A DNA stretch of 63,159 bases, the filler included, from Lenisia limosa (taxonomy: Eukaryota > Protista > Breviatea): the NCBI GenBank assembly GCA_001655205.1. It is 13 parts of 13 records of this genome, joined end to end, with 100 filler letters (N's around TTAATTAATTAA, not from the genome) between each part and the next. Parts side by side here need not be neighbours in the genome. Positions count along the whole stretch, not along the records: positions 53,431 to 54,756 come from LPNZ01011388.1; positions 54,857 to 56,244 come from LPNZ01010954.1; positions 56,345 to 59,085 come from LPNZ01010232.1; positions 59,186 to 61,970 come from LPNZ01010653.1; positions 62,071 to 63,159 come from LPNZ01001348.1; 8 more parts are not named here. One strand, 5' to 3'. The notes below the pieces were generated by a model. The model saw nothing but the letters and a program-made list of their open reading frames with translations. It ran no database searches and was not told the origin of the DNA. The translations under genes were made by a program, and so were the position numbers. Of the stretch, positions 53,812-63,159 are shown one piece after another; position 1 is the stretch's first letter, and the number at the start of each line of letters is the position of its first letter.

Positions 53812-54126
53812 AAAACGATAAAATTATAAAATTTAAAAAATTATTTTTCTAACACTAAAGTACTATGACAAATTACTCGACTAAAATTTCTGACAATTCA
53901 AAAGACATCTTTGATGCTGATATTCTTTCCCCTCTCTTTGGAGATGTGGTTGGTGGTAAATTAACTTCCCAACCAAATACTANNNNNNNNNNCGACAATA
54001 ATGGTGCGAAAATTGATATGGGTGGGGAAGAAAGTTATTTGATCGTTCAATTTAGAAGATTAGATTGATAGGATTAAACCGATTATAAAAACTACAAAAA
54101 ATTATAAAATTATTTTTTCTATAAAA

Positions 54127-54312
54127 ATGGTACAAAGAAGTTTAGTGAAATTTGTAGATATTGTTGAAGAACCTGTCAAAGGTCCTGTCAAAGATCCTGT
54201 TAAAGAGATTATAAAAGAATCTGTTAACAAGAAACCAAAATCTAAATATAGACCGAAAGATCAACGTATGAATAAATTGGAAAAATATATTTGGAAAAAT
54301 TTATTAGGGTAA
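54127..54312 (+). CDS. Small 61-aa Lys/Glu-rich ORF, copy 2
   Basis: Near-identical to 53626-53811 (PVKGPVKD vs PVKDPVKE). Confidence 0.65.
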   Translation: MVQRSLVKFVDIVEEPVKGPVKDPVKEIIKESVNKKPKSKYRPKDQRMNKLEKYIWKNLLG

Positions 54313-54365
54313 AAAACGATAAAATTATAAAATTTAAAAAATTATTTTTCTAACACTAAAGTACT

Positions 54366-54756
54366 ATGACAAATTACTCGACTAAAATTTCTGACAGTTC
54401 AAAAAACATCTTTGATGCTGATGTTCTTTCCCCTCTCTTTGGAGATGTGGTTGGTGGTAAATTAACTTCCCAACCAAATACTAAACATTATGTTAAAGCA
54501 GTTGGAGACAATAATAACTCTAACCTTATCAATTTTACTACGGGCAAACAAAAATATAGTTTTAACATTCCTGCTAACCGACTTATTAAACCTTCTCACA
54601 TTCGTGTTATGTATCATGTGGAAAATGAAGATGAAAATACTTATACTCAAGAGACTGATGCCACTAAAAAGACTGAGTTTGGAAGTATTCAAATTCGTAA
54701 CTGTAACTCAACAGTTTTTGATTCAGTCAAAATTGGTTATGTAAAGAGTAATGGTA
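54366..54756 (+). CDS. N-terminus of a putative Polinton/PLV major capsid protein (copy 1 fragment at 53865-53982)
   Basis: Intronless ORF open to scaffold end. KYSFNIPANRLIKPSHIRVMYHV resembles the F.IP....L.P....L strand typical of double jelly-roll MCP N-termini and it follows a penton-like gene. Not confirmed by search. Confidence 0.55.
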
Positions 54757-55039
54757 NNNNNNNNNNNNNNNNNNNNNNNNNNNNNNNNNNNNNNNNNNNN
54801 TTAATTAATTAANNNNNNNNNNNNNNNNNNNNNNNNNNNNNNNNNNNNNNNNNNNNCCCCCCCCCCCACACACACACACACACGCACGCACCCTCATCAT
54901 AAACAACCCCCAGCCAACAATTAGCCAATTCATGCAAATTGGGTATCCCTATGTATTTATTTGTTTCTCTAGTTGTTCAAAATAAAAACTCTGCCTTCCC
55001 CATATTACTACCATTTCACCCTTATCCCCCTCCTACCGG

Positions 55040-56244
55040 TAACGTTCCGCCTTGCTGCAAGGCGTGGACGACCACTGCATGTAGACGGTGAACGGCAAAG
55101 ATGAACACAAAGGCGGCAATGGCAGCTACAGAGGGTCAATNNNNNNNNNNNNNNNNNNNNNNNNNNNNNNNNNNNNNNNNNNNNNNNNNNNNNNNNNNNN
55201 NNNNNNNNNNNNNNNNNNNNNNNNNNNNNNNNNNNNNNNNNNNNNNNNNNNNNNNNNNNNNNNNNNNNNNNNNNNNNNNNNNNNNNNNNNNNNNNNNNNN
55301 NNNNNNNGCCGAAGCTGTCCACACCATCACACTTTTGAATTATTGCATAATATTAATTCTCCCAATATTTTGCCTACAACTCTGTACATACAGCTTTCTG
55401 CGTGCCTCCCCAGCATACCAATGGGCATGTATGCCTGAAGTTCCCATTTGGAGTACATGTCAAGATCGAGCATACATTCGGGGCCTGTGGGGGGGGGGGG
55501 TAAAATANNNNNNNNNNNNNNNNNNNNNNNNNNNNNNNNNNNNNNNNNNNNNNNNNNNNNNNNNNNNNNNNNNNNNNNNNNNNNNNNNNNNNNNNNNNNN
55601 NNNNNNNNNNNNNNNNNNNNNNNNNNNNNNNNNNNNNNNNNNNNNNNNNNNNNNNAACACATTTAAATAAAAACAACAAAACAAGCAAAAGCCCGTCAGA
55701 ATGGAAAATGTATGAAACAATAAACCCCCAGGAAAAACTGTTGGCTTCCAACGGGGTAAAATTGGAGAATTTATGAACCAAAAATGATAAAATTGGAGGA
55801 AACAATTAAACAAAAAAGCTCAAAATCAACTCTATTGGCTAGAAACACCCCATAACCAAAAAAAAGAACAAGTTGAAACCAATAATCCCTTCTCTGACTA
55901 CCCACTTCCCCAAAAAAAACAGTCTTTTTTCGAAAAGAACAATGAGTCCCTCCCCCCTCCCCTCCTCACTGAAAAGCTCAAGGTTGAAGTTGAAGAGGGC
56001 GAAGGTACGGAAGGTGTCACTAGATACATGAGGAATCAGTAACAAACATAATAAAAAATAAAAATGAAGAAACTACCTCCTTTCCTATCCTTTTTAAAAC
56101 CTGATTCGACCGTCCTTGTTGATTCCCCCCTGATCGCCCCCCAGCTTCCGCTCTAAACTGCACCCCCCTCACCGAACAATTGACGGCCACTGGACCCTCA
56201 AAGAAGCCATAAGAGCCATAATCTGCATAAAGTTGAGAAGGACC
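55040..56244 (-). CDS. Multi-pass membrane protein fragment (protist Q...WP....N....PEC TM module)
   Basis: Exons VLLNFMQIMALMASLRVQWPSIVR / DTFRTFALFNFNLELF / PECMLDLDMYSKWELQ follow the motif order of a widespread protist TRP-like TM region. Confidence 0.6.
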
Positions 56245-56344
56245 NNNNNNNNNNNNNNNNNNNNNNNNNNNNNNNNNNNNNNNNNNNNTTAATTAATTAA
56301 NNNNNNNNNNNNNNNNNNNNNNNNNNNNNNNNNNNNNNNNNNNN

Positions 56345-56446
56345 GGGGATGTGGATGAAGAGGTCTGGGGATGTGGATGAAGAGGTCTGGGGGTGTGGAT
56401 GAAGAGGTCTGGGGGTGTGGATGAAGAGGTCTGGGGGTGTGGATGA
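56345..56446. repeat. 22-bp minisatellite, ~4.6 copies
   Basis: (gtggatgaagaggtctgggg[a/g]t)n. Confidence 0.9.
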
Positions 56447-56544
56447 ATAGAATGATGTGTTGTTTCATATTGCAATTCTACCATATCAATTCTACTATTT
56501 CAATTTTACTATGATGTTTTCAATTGTCACTATTTAGATATTAC

Positions 56545-59040
56545 AGTGTTGCTGGCACTGATGACCTTGGCACTGTGGGGGGGGNNNNNNNNNNNNNNNN
56601 NNNNNNNNNNNNNNNNNNNNNNNNNNNNNNNNNNNNNNNNNNNNNNNNNNNNNNNNNNNNNNNNNNNNNNNNNNNNNNNNNNNNNNNNNNNNNNAAGGCT
56701 TACTTCGGTTCCAAAAAAACTGAATTTTCAGAAAAATCCTCGAAACTATCGATATTATATGATAAAATTGGTGTTTGTAGAGCAGAGTGAAACCCTTATA
56801 ATACTTCTCTCACACTCCAGCTGCCCCCCACACAAACAGCCGAACTAGTTGTAGCCCCCGTGACCTTCAATACGCCTCTGGGAGTTGGCCACGGGCTCTG
56901 CTCCAACTACCTCATCAAGGCCAGGAAGGGAAGTTGGTGGTGATTCTAAGCAAAATGAGAATTTTATATCATGATTTTTTATGTGGCCATCCAGTATTTT
57001 ACGATTTGTTGTATGATACTATAATATGTCATATTATTCCATATCAGATATAATATAAAATTTATGTAATATATGCATACCATATTAAGAAGTTGTTTTA
57101 TGAAAGGTCTGTTCCAACTACCGCATCAAAGCCAGGCAGGGAATATGGAGAACTATAATTGTCATTATAATATGACTATATCGTATGTAGCGAAATGAGC
57201 AAAGATTTTATATATGAAATAAAATATATGTTAAAGTGTTAAGTATTGACCCAGAGTTGATTTTGGGGTTTTTTTATATTCCCATTTCATTAATTTACCG
57301 GTTCTTCTCAGCCACTACATTGTTGATTTGTAACAAGAGAAATTCTTTCCATGAGAAATATAGGGGAAACAAATAAATACAGAGGGATACCATAAACAAA
57401 TCACCACACTTCCGCGCACTCGATCAGATGTTTTTATATGTGTCCTTAGACCCCTACTAATACATGTATATGATATGATTTTATTTCTGTTCAAAAAAAA
57501 AGATACCCTTCTTACCCCTTTAGCCAAAATGAAGGTCTTCTTGAAAGAGTCGCAATTCCACCTCCCACCTGACAGGTTTGCGGATCTGTTGTATTTGGAA
57601 CCCTGTACAGTTGGTTCCACCCCACCCCCGCCCTCCATATGTCAAAACAATTCTAACCAAAGTTAACAATAGTCTGAATTGGAGTTTCAGTTGCTGCAAT
57701 ACTTAACTTATAAAAACAGGATGCCAACCCTTAAATTGGCTCGGATAAACCACAAATACAACTGGAACTGTGTTAACACGTGCTTCATATTTAATGTTGA
57801 AACAATTATTAACGCAAGAGAGCAAATGTTGTGAAATATCATACTGACCAAATCTTGAAATTTAAAAAGCAGTTAAAAGATGACGGCACGAAACTTTTTG
57901 TTCCAATTTCCACCTCCCCCCCATTATATAACCCCCCAGCACGGCACCTATTATTATGGTGGCGGCCGGATGTGGCATCGCGCCGCTCAGAGGATTCGTG
58001 AAGGAAAGGAGGAAGATCCTGGAGGGTGGGTGGTTGTCATTGTCGTCGGCATTTGTTGTTATTAGTATTATTATTGTTATTGTTATAATAGTATTAGTAT
58101 TGTTTTTTGTTTTTATTATTAGTAATTAATTGTTTTATTTATTGACATCATCATCAATCATCCCATCCAACACTTCCTCAGCTGGAGGCACATTGGGTCC
58201 TGCACTGCTCTTCTTCGGATGCCGTACAGAGGGTTGTGACTTCCTATTCAGAAATGTATGTAATTTTGAACTGCTTCTGGTAAAACCCCTTTTTAATTAC
58301 ATAATAGTATTATGCAGAAACGTATGTTTGTTTGAACGGCTTCGGGCTATTACTCCCTTGTTTTATTTCTCATTTCTGCAAATATATTCAGAAATGTTGC
58401 ACAGAGTTCTATTAAGCTGGAAGAATTACAGGGAATTATTATTCACATTTTTCATAGCCAAATACAACCTTGTGTTTTTCAGTGAAGCTCTAATAATATA
58501 ATAGTTCTTTATCCACTAGTATTTTGGTGTTTCTTTGTTTCTACAATACATTTCGATCAATTTCGATAGACTGCTAGAGTATACTGGTCTCTTTTTTGGA
58601 CTGTAGGGAAACCCTACCTTCAATCCAGCGAATGTAGCCAAGCTTCAAAAGCCCCTTAACGTTGCTAGGAAATTGCGAAGGCTGTTGACGATGGTGTAAT
58701 CTCAGGCCTCCGTATGGCTTTCTCAAGAGACGATGTGGGCTGAGGGGAGGGCCATTGTTTTTTGTGGAATTTTTTTCATGGAAATCTCTTTTGTTTCCCC
58801 CCACCCCCTGCTGGAGTGATGGGATGCAGTGCTACAGAAGCGACTGGCCCGGGCTTAGTTTGTTTTGTTGTTATCAATCCTTGTATATTGTCAGCCGAGT
58901 TGATTTGGTTGTTTCATTGATTTCTAATTTAACTCCTATAGCCGAACAAAAAAGAGCACGTGACTGCGCGTTTGGCTGAGGCTGTTGAAGACCTCGAACA
59001 GTTCCTCATTGCCCAGCCCGGCCACTTCTATATCTGTGGT
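56545..59040 (+). CDS. Diflavin reductase (NADPH-cytochrome P450 reductase-like) FAD/NADPH-binding half
   Basis: AELVVAPVTFNTPLGVGHGLCSNYL / MKVFLKESQFHLPPD / PIIMVAAGCGIAPLRGFVKER / PALLFFGCRTEGCDFLFR / GVISGLRMAFSRD / PNKKEHVTARL...GHFYICG. CPR, NDOR1, MTRR or a fused reductase cannot be separated. Confidence 0.88.
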
Positions 59041-59185
59041 GTGTGGGGTACTGTATACGTATGATACTATGATCTGTATAATATANNNNNNNNNNNNNNN
59101 NNNNNNNNNNNNNNNNNNNNNNNNNNNNNTTAATTAATTAANNNNNNNNNNNNNNNNNNNNNNNNNNNNNNNNNNNNNNNNNNNN

Positions 59186-61921
59186 AGGTCACCTGCGGTA
59201 ACACAGCCGAAGCCGGTCTCATGGAAGCCACCTTGGCTGATATGTACGCCTTTACCAACGACACCGTCGAAAAATGCGACTCTTACCCCGAGCAAACTGC
59301 TCGAATTCGCAAGTACGCTGTCACCAACGCCGCTGTGGACTATCTTGAGAAGGTAGGGGGGGAGAGGGCTATTGGAATTTTGAGAGGGGGGGGGACAATT
59401 TAATGATATAAATAATGTAATTCTCCTGTCTTGGCTTTTGGGTAACTTATTGACAAACTATTGCCAATCTCCACAGATCGATAAATTGAATAACACACCC
59501 ACCCACAGGGTAAGGCGTACGAGAGAGCCCTGCAGCTTCTCGAGCCATGTGTTAAGGATATGGAGGAGCAGTACAACTTCAACCTGGTTAGTTGGTGTCA
59601 GGGCTTCACTTCGGTATGAAAAAGACTGGTCGATAGACTTTCAGACAATTCAGTCTTTTTTCGGACCGAAGTAAAGCCCTAGGGATAAATTAAACAAAAA
59701 ATTTCCTTTCTATTTTAATAGGAACTATCTTTCCCCAAATTTCACTTATTTAAAAAAATTTTAATACTCTTTTCTTATTTTGTTTCTTTAATAGTAGGCT
59801 TTGTTTGTTTTGTTGTTCCACCCTTTTGTGTTGTCAGCCAGCAGAGTTGATTTTCATAAATTTTCCAATTATACCCCCCCCCCCAGCTCAATTCCACCCT
59901 CCAACGCCAAGCCGGGCTCTATAAGGCCATAGCATCAGAGGAGCGTTTCTATGCCGAATACTTCCGCGTGGCATTCTACGGGGCTTTCCCCAAAAGGTAG
60001 GTTACACTTGCCTCATGTGGTAGCCTTCCCTGAAGGTAGCTTCCAATTTACGTATTTCATATGGGAGCCTACGTCATGTTTTCCTTTTGAGCATAGCCCC
60101 CTCCTCCTCTCACTATCTCCACAATACCCGTGTAACCTTTTACACTACTTTCAGCGGCTACTACACAGTACTTATTTTTAGCGCTAACTACATCGCTCTT
60201 TCAACTGCAAATGAAAAGGAACTCAATTTCCTGGGTTGAAAATAATTTCCGTCCTTACACCATTATTAACTCACAATTCATCTCTCCTCACCACCCAGTA
60301 TCCAAAACAAGGCGTTCATCTACAAGGGCAAGCCAATGGAACGTCTCACAGAATTTGTGGAAACTCTTACTGAGAAATATCCCGCTGCTTCAATCCTCAA
60401 AACATCTACTCCAGTAAGGAGGGTTTTTTTTTTTTTTTTTTTTTNNNNNNNNNNNNNNNNNNNNNNNNNNNNNNNNNNNNNNNNNNNNNNNNNNNNATTA
60501 TCCACACATATTTGGTGGGTTACAATAATCAGTACCTGGTTTGTTCGGTCCCATCCATCACCATGTTTAACATAGCAGTAGGAATAGTATTTTAATAGTC
60601 TTAAGTACTCAGTTTCCTAATATGTTTAGCCTGAAGACGACATTCTTACCTCAGACAAGCAGCATCTGCAGATCTTCACTGTTCAGCCTTCCTCAAAAGT
60701 GCAGGGGGGGGGGGGTCNNNNNNNNNNNNNNNNNNNNNNNNNNNNNNNNNNNNNNNNNNNNNNNNNNNNNNNCATATTAATTTTTTACAAAGCACATATG
60801 ATTGCATATCATATTAAATCGGAGGGGATGTTTGTTTGTTTTGTTGTTTTCAACCCATCTGTATTACCAGCCAAACGAAGTGATTGTGGGCTTTTTGTTG
60901 TTTCATAAATTTTCCAATTTTCTCCCCCTCCCCCCATTGTTGTTTTGGTCATCCTCGTGTTTGCTATTACTTATTTTTTTGTTTTTTGTTTGTTTGGAGT
61001 TGTTTTTTGTTTGTTTGGAGTTTCAAATTATTTGGTTCGTGATTTTTGCCTTTACGCCAATATTCTTCATCGAAATTCCTTCGTTTTACTCCCCCTCCTT
61101 AGAAAGCCTACAACTTCAACAAGGTTCAAGCNNNNNNNNNNNNNNNNNNNNNNNNNNNNNNNNNNNNNNNNNNNNNNNNNNNNNNNNNNNNNNNNNNNNN
61201 NNNNNNNNNNNNNNNNNNNNNNNNNNNNNGGAGGAGAAGAAGGAAAACGAATTTGCTCATCTTTGGGTCGAGAACAACTACTACTTCTTAGGTGAGTATC
61301 GACATTATGCTGATTCTGCAATGACAGTCAGCCTCCCCGCCACTATCCCCATCATTTATTGCTGATATTGTGCATTTTTAACATTTCAAGGAGAGGCTTT
61401 CCCCGGACTTGAAGCCCGTGGCGAAATTCTGGATTTTAAGCAGGTTTTTTCTTGAGTCTTACCCCAGGTTGAACTGAGCCCTCTGGATAATGCCTTATCG
61501 GCGCTGAAAACTAAAAATGAAGAACTTAATGATATTATTGCTGCCCATGACACCCCAGGTTTGTTTATTTATATTGTCGTATTGCTCTAGCTGTTTGCAT
61601 AATATCTCACCGCAGGAGCTGAACAAAAATGTTCATCTCCCTTTACGCCCCACTTATTCATAACCTTTCCCCAATTTACTACATATCATCTACATGTTTT
61701 AGTACACATTCTAGAGTTTTTTCTTCTTACTCTTTTCACGTATACTCTTTTAAACATCCAACATCTCTTATAAACGTGATTGTGGGACACATCTTCGGCC
61801 AGATACTTCTCATCTCTTTATATAACACTACATCAATATCTTAACTTCATATAGGGGCTGCTTACACATCACCGTTCACTATGGCCCTCAATGGAATTGT
61901 CGATGCTGCTGTCAACGGAGG
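59186..61921 (+). CDS. DOCK-family Rac GEF, DHR-2 region (DOCK-A/B-like)
   Basis: CGNTAEAGL...YLEK / AYERALQL / QAGLYKAIASEERFYAEYFRVAFYG / FIYKGKPMERLTEF / LQIFTVQP / HLWVENNYY / AFPGL / VELSPLDNA / LNGIVDAAVNGG. Confidence 0.92.
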
Positions 61922-62070
61922 TTGGACGGAACCCCATTTTCCTTTTTTTCGGGATGTTATTTTTTTTTTTNNNNNNNNNNNNNNNNNNNNNNNNNNNNNN
62001 NNNNNNNNNNNNNNTTAATTAATTAANNNNNNNNNNNNNNNNNNNNNNNNNNNNNNNNNNNNNNNNNNNN

Positions 62071-62130
62071 TAGAATCAAAGTTCGTCCCGTCCGATCCCT
62101 AGTCAGCATAGTTTATGGTTAGGACTACGA
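62071..62130 (-). rRNA. Eukaryotic 18S (SSU) rRNA fragment, 5'-truncated
   Basis: Reverse complement TCGTAGTCCTAACCATAAACTATGCTGACTAGGGATCGG differs at 2 positions from the conserved 18S TCGTAGTCTTAACCATAAACTATGCCGACTAGGGATCGG. The expected upstream GATCAGATACCG is absent. Confidence 0.85.
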
Positions 62131-62262
62131 AAGCTCCAGGGCCTGTAGGTACAGGGATGGTGCGGAGCGGAAAGGAAGACACAATTATGCCGCATGTCCT
62201 TCTTGCTGGTTCACACTTTTACGTTTCAATTTTTCTTTTGTATTTAAGTGGAATTTTTAAGG

Positions 62263-62473
62263 CAACGTTGACACTCCGCTCACCGCTCCGTTCCACGTGG
62301 GCCCTGTGGGGCAAAACCCTATTGGAATCTAAATGTAACAAGTGCATCGAATGAGCGGAAGTGTTTATAGAATCTTTGGGAACGCTGACACTCCGCTCAC
62401 CGCTCCGTTCCACGTGGGCCCCTTGGGGGAAAACCCTAATAGAATCTTATAATAACAAGTGCATGGAATGAGG
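62263..62473. repeat. 117-bp direct repeat, ~1.8 copies
   Basis: acactccgctcaccgctccgttccacgtgggccc at 62271 and 62388. Confidence 0.9.
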
Positions 62474-62574
62474 AACTATATTTGTATTAGCAGGCGGTGG
62501 CAGGGGTTAATCCAAAAGAAGTAGGAGAGATGTCAGGATGTTTTAGAAGAATTCCAGGGAAGAACTGTGGGTGT

Positions 62575-63159
62575 AGTGGGAAGGAACCGGTCGTAAATGA
62601 AAGTCAGCAAGGTTTATGCTATATCAGAAGAGGTGGGTGGTGGAGTCATAGGAAAATCAGGGAGAAAGGGTAGGTTAGGGGAGGGAAGATTCCTAAGGAA
62701 TTCGTGGTAAGATCACGGTGATTCAAGGACGTGGGCGGAAGGAAAACGGTTGCAACTGAAAGTTAGCAAGGTTTATGCTATATAAGAAGAGGTGGGTGGT
62801 GGAGTTATAGCTTATCATGGGGGAAAGGGTAGGCTAGGGGAGGGAAAGTTCCTAAGGAATTCATGGTAAGATCTCGGTGATTTAAAGACGTGGGCGGAAG
62901 GAAAACGGTTGCAACTGAAAGTTAGCAAGGTTTATGCTATATATGAAGAGGTGGGTGGTGGCGTCATAACTTATCATTGTTGAAAGGGTAGGCTAGGGGA
63001 GGGAAAGTTCCTAAGGAATTTGTGGTAAGATCTCGGTGATTTAAGGATGTGGGCGGAAGGAAACCGGTCGCAACTGAAAGTCAGCAAGGTTTATGCTATC
63101 TAAGAAGAGGTGGGGGCGGGGAGGTACTGCGTATCTTGGGAGAAAGGGTAGGCTAGGGG
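62575..63159. repeat. 159-bp tandem repeat, ~3.7 copies to window end
   Basis: aagt(c/t)agcaaggtttatgct anchors at 62601, 62760, 62919, 63078; the unit tested has stops in all three reverse frames, and the ORF track shows no ORF here. Confidence 0.95.

Larger units (their letters stand above)
53431..54756 (+). mobile_element. Putative endogenous Polinton-like virus/Maverick fragment
   Basis: Very AT-rich, intronless, tightly packed co-directional ORFs, unlike all other scaffolds; two diverged copies. Confidence 0.6.

Noticed and set aside
62071-62140. Group I intron at the S788 site
   Set aside because: The 3' exon should retain CAGATACCG and be preceded by the terminal G; neither is seen.
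1-63159. Functional clustering or synteny across the window (e.g. XRN1-PIF1-MSH3 as a nucleic-acid locus)
   Set aside because: These genes lie on different scaffolds joined artificially.
62263-63159. CRISPR array
   Set aside because: Units are contiguous tandem copies with no unique spacers, there are no cas genes, and the context is eukaryotic. The same applies to 56345-56446.

Overview
Intron-rich eukaryotic nuclear DNA from a draft assembly. The organism cannot be determined from sequence alone; DOCK-A/B, kexin/furin, MSH3 and ECM29 fit a unicellular Amorphea-like protist, but that is inference. The window is not one locus. Twelve artificial 100-nt spacers (44 N + TTAATTAATTAA + 44 N) join 13 unrelated scaffolds: 1-3123, 3224-24062, 24163-31208, 31309-34055, 34156-38173, 38274-40003, 40104-50157, 50258-53330, 53431-54756, 54857-56244, 56345-59085, 59186-61970, 62071-63159. 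Genes recognised by manually splicing exons: XRN1, SLC35F5-like transporter, PIF1, ECM29, TAF2, MSH3, a PH-domain protein, a kexin/furin-like protease with Cys-rich repeats, TCTP, a diflavin (CPR-like) reductase and a DOCK GEF. Most multi-exon boundaries are approximate, and most ORFs in the supplied track are spurious. Highlights: (1) a dispersed repeat, sense to the host gene wherever that can be judged, that repeatedly ends exactly on the intron 3' splice AG in unrelated genes; (2) an AT-rich intronless scaffold resembling a Polinton/PLV capsid module, in two divergent copies; (3) an 18S rRNA fragment cut inside a universally conserved motif and fused to tandem repeats; (4) several MITE families, one with 8-bp TSDs.
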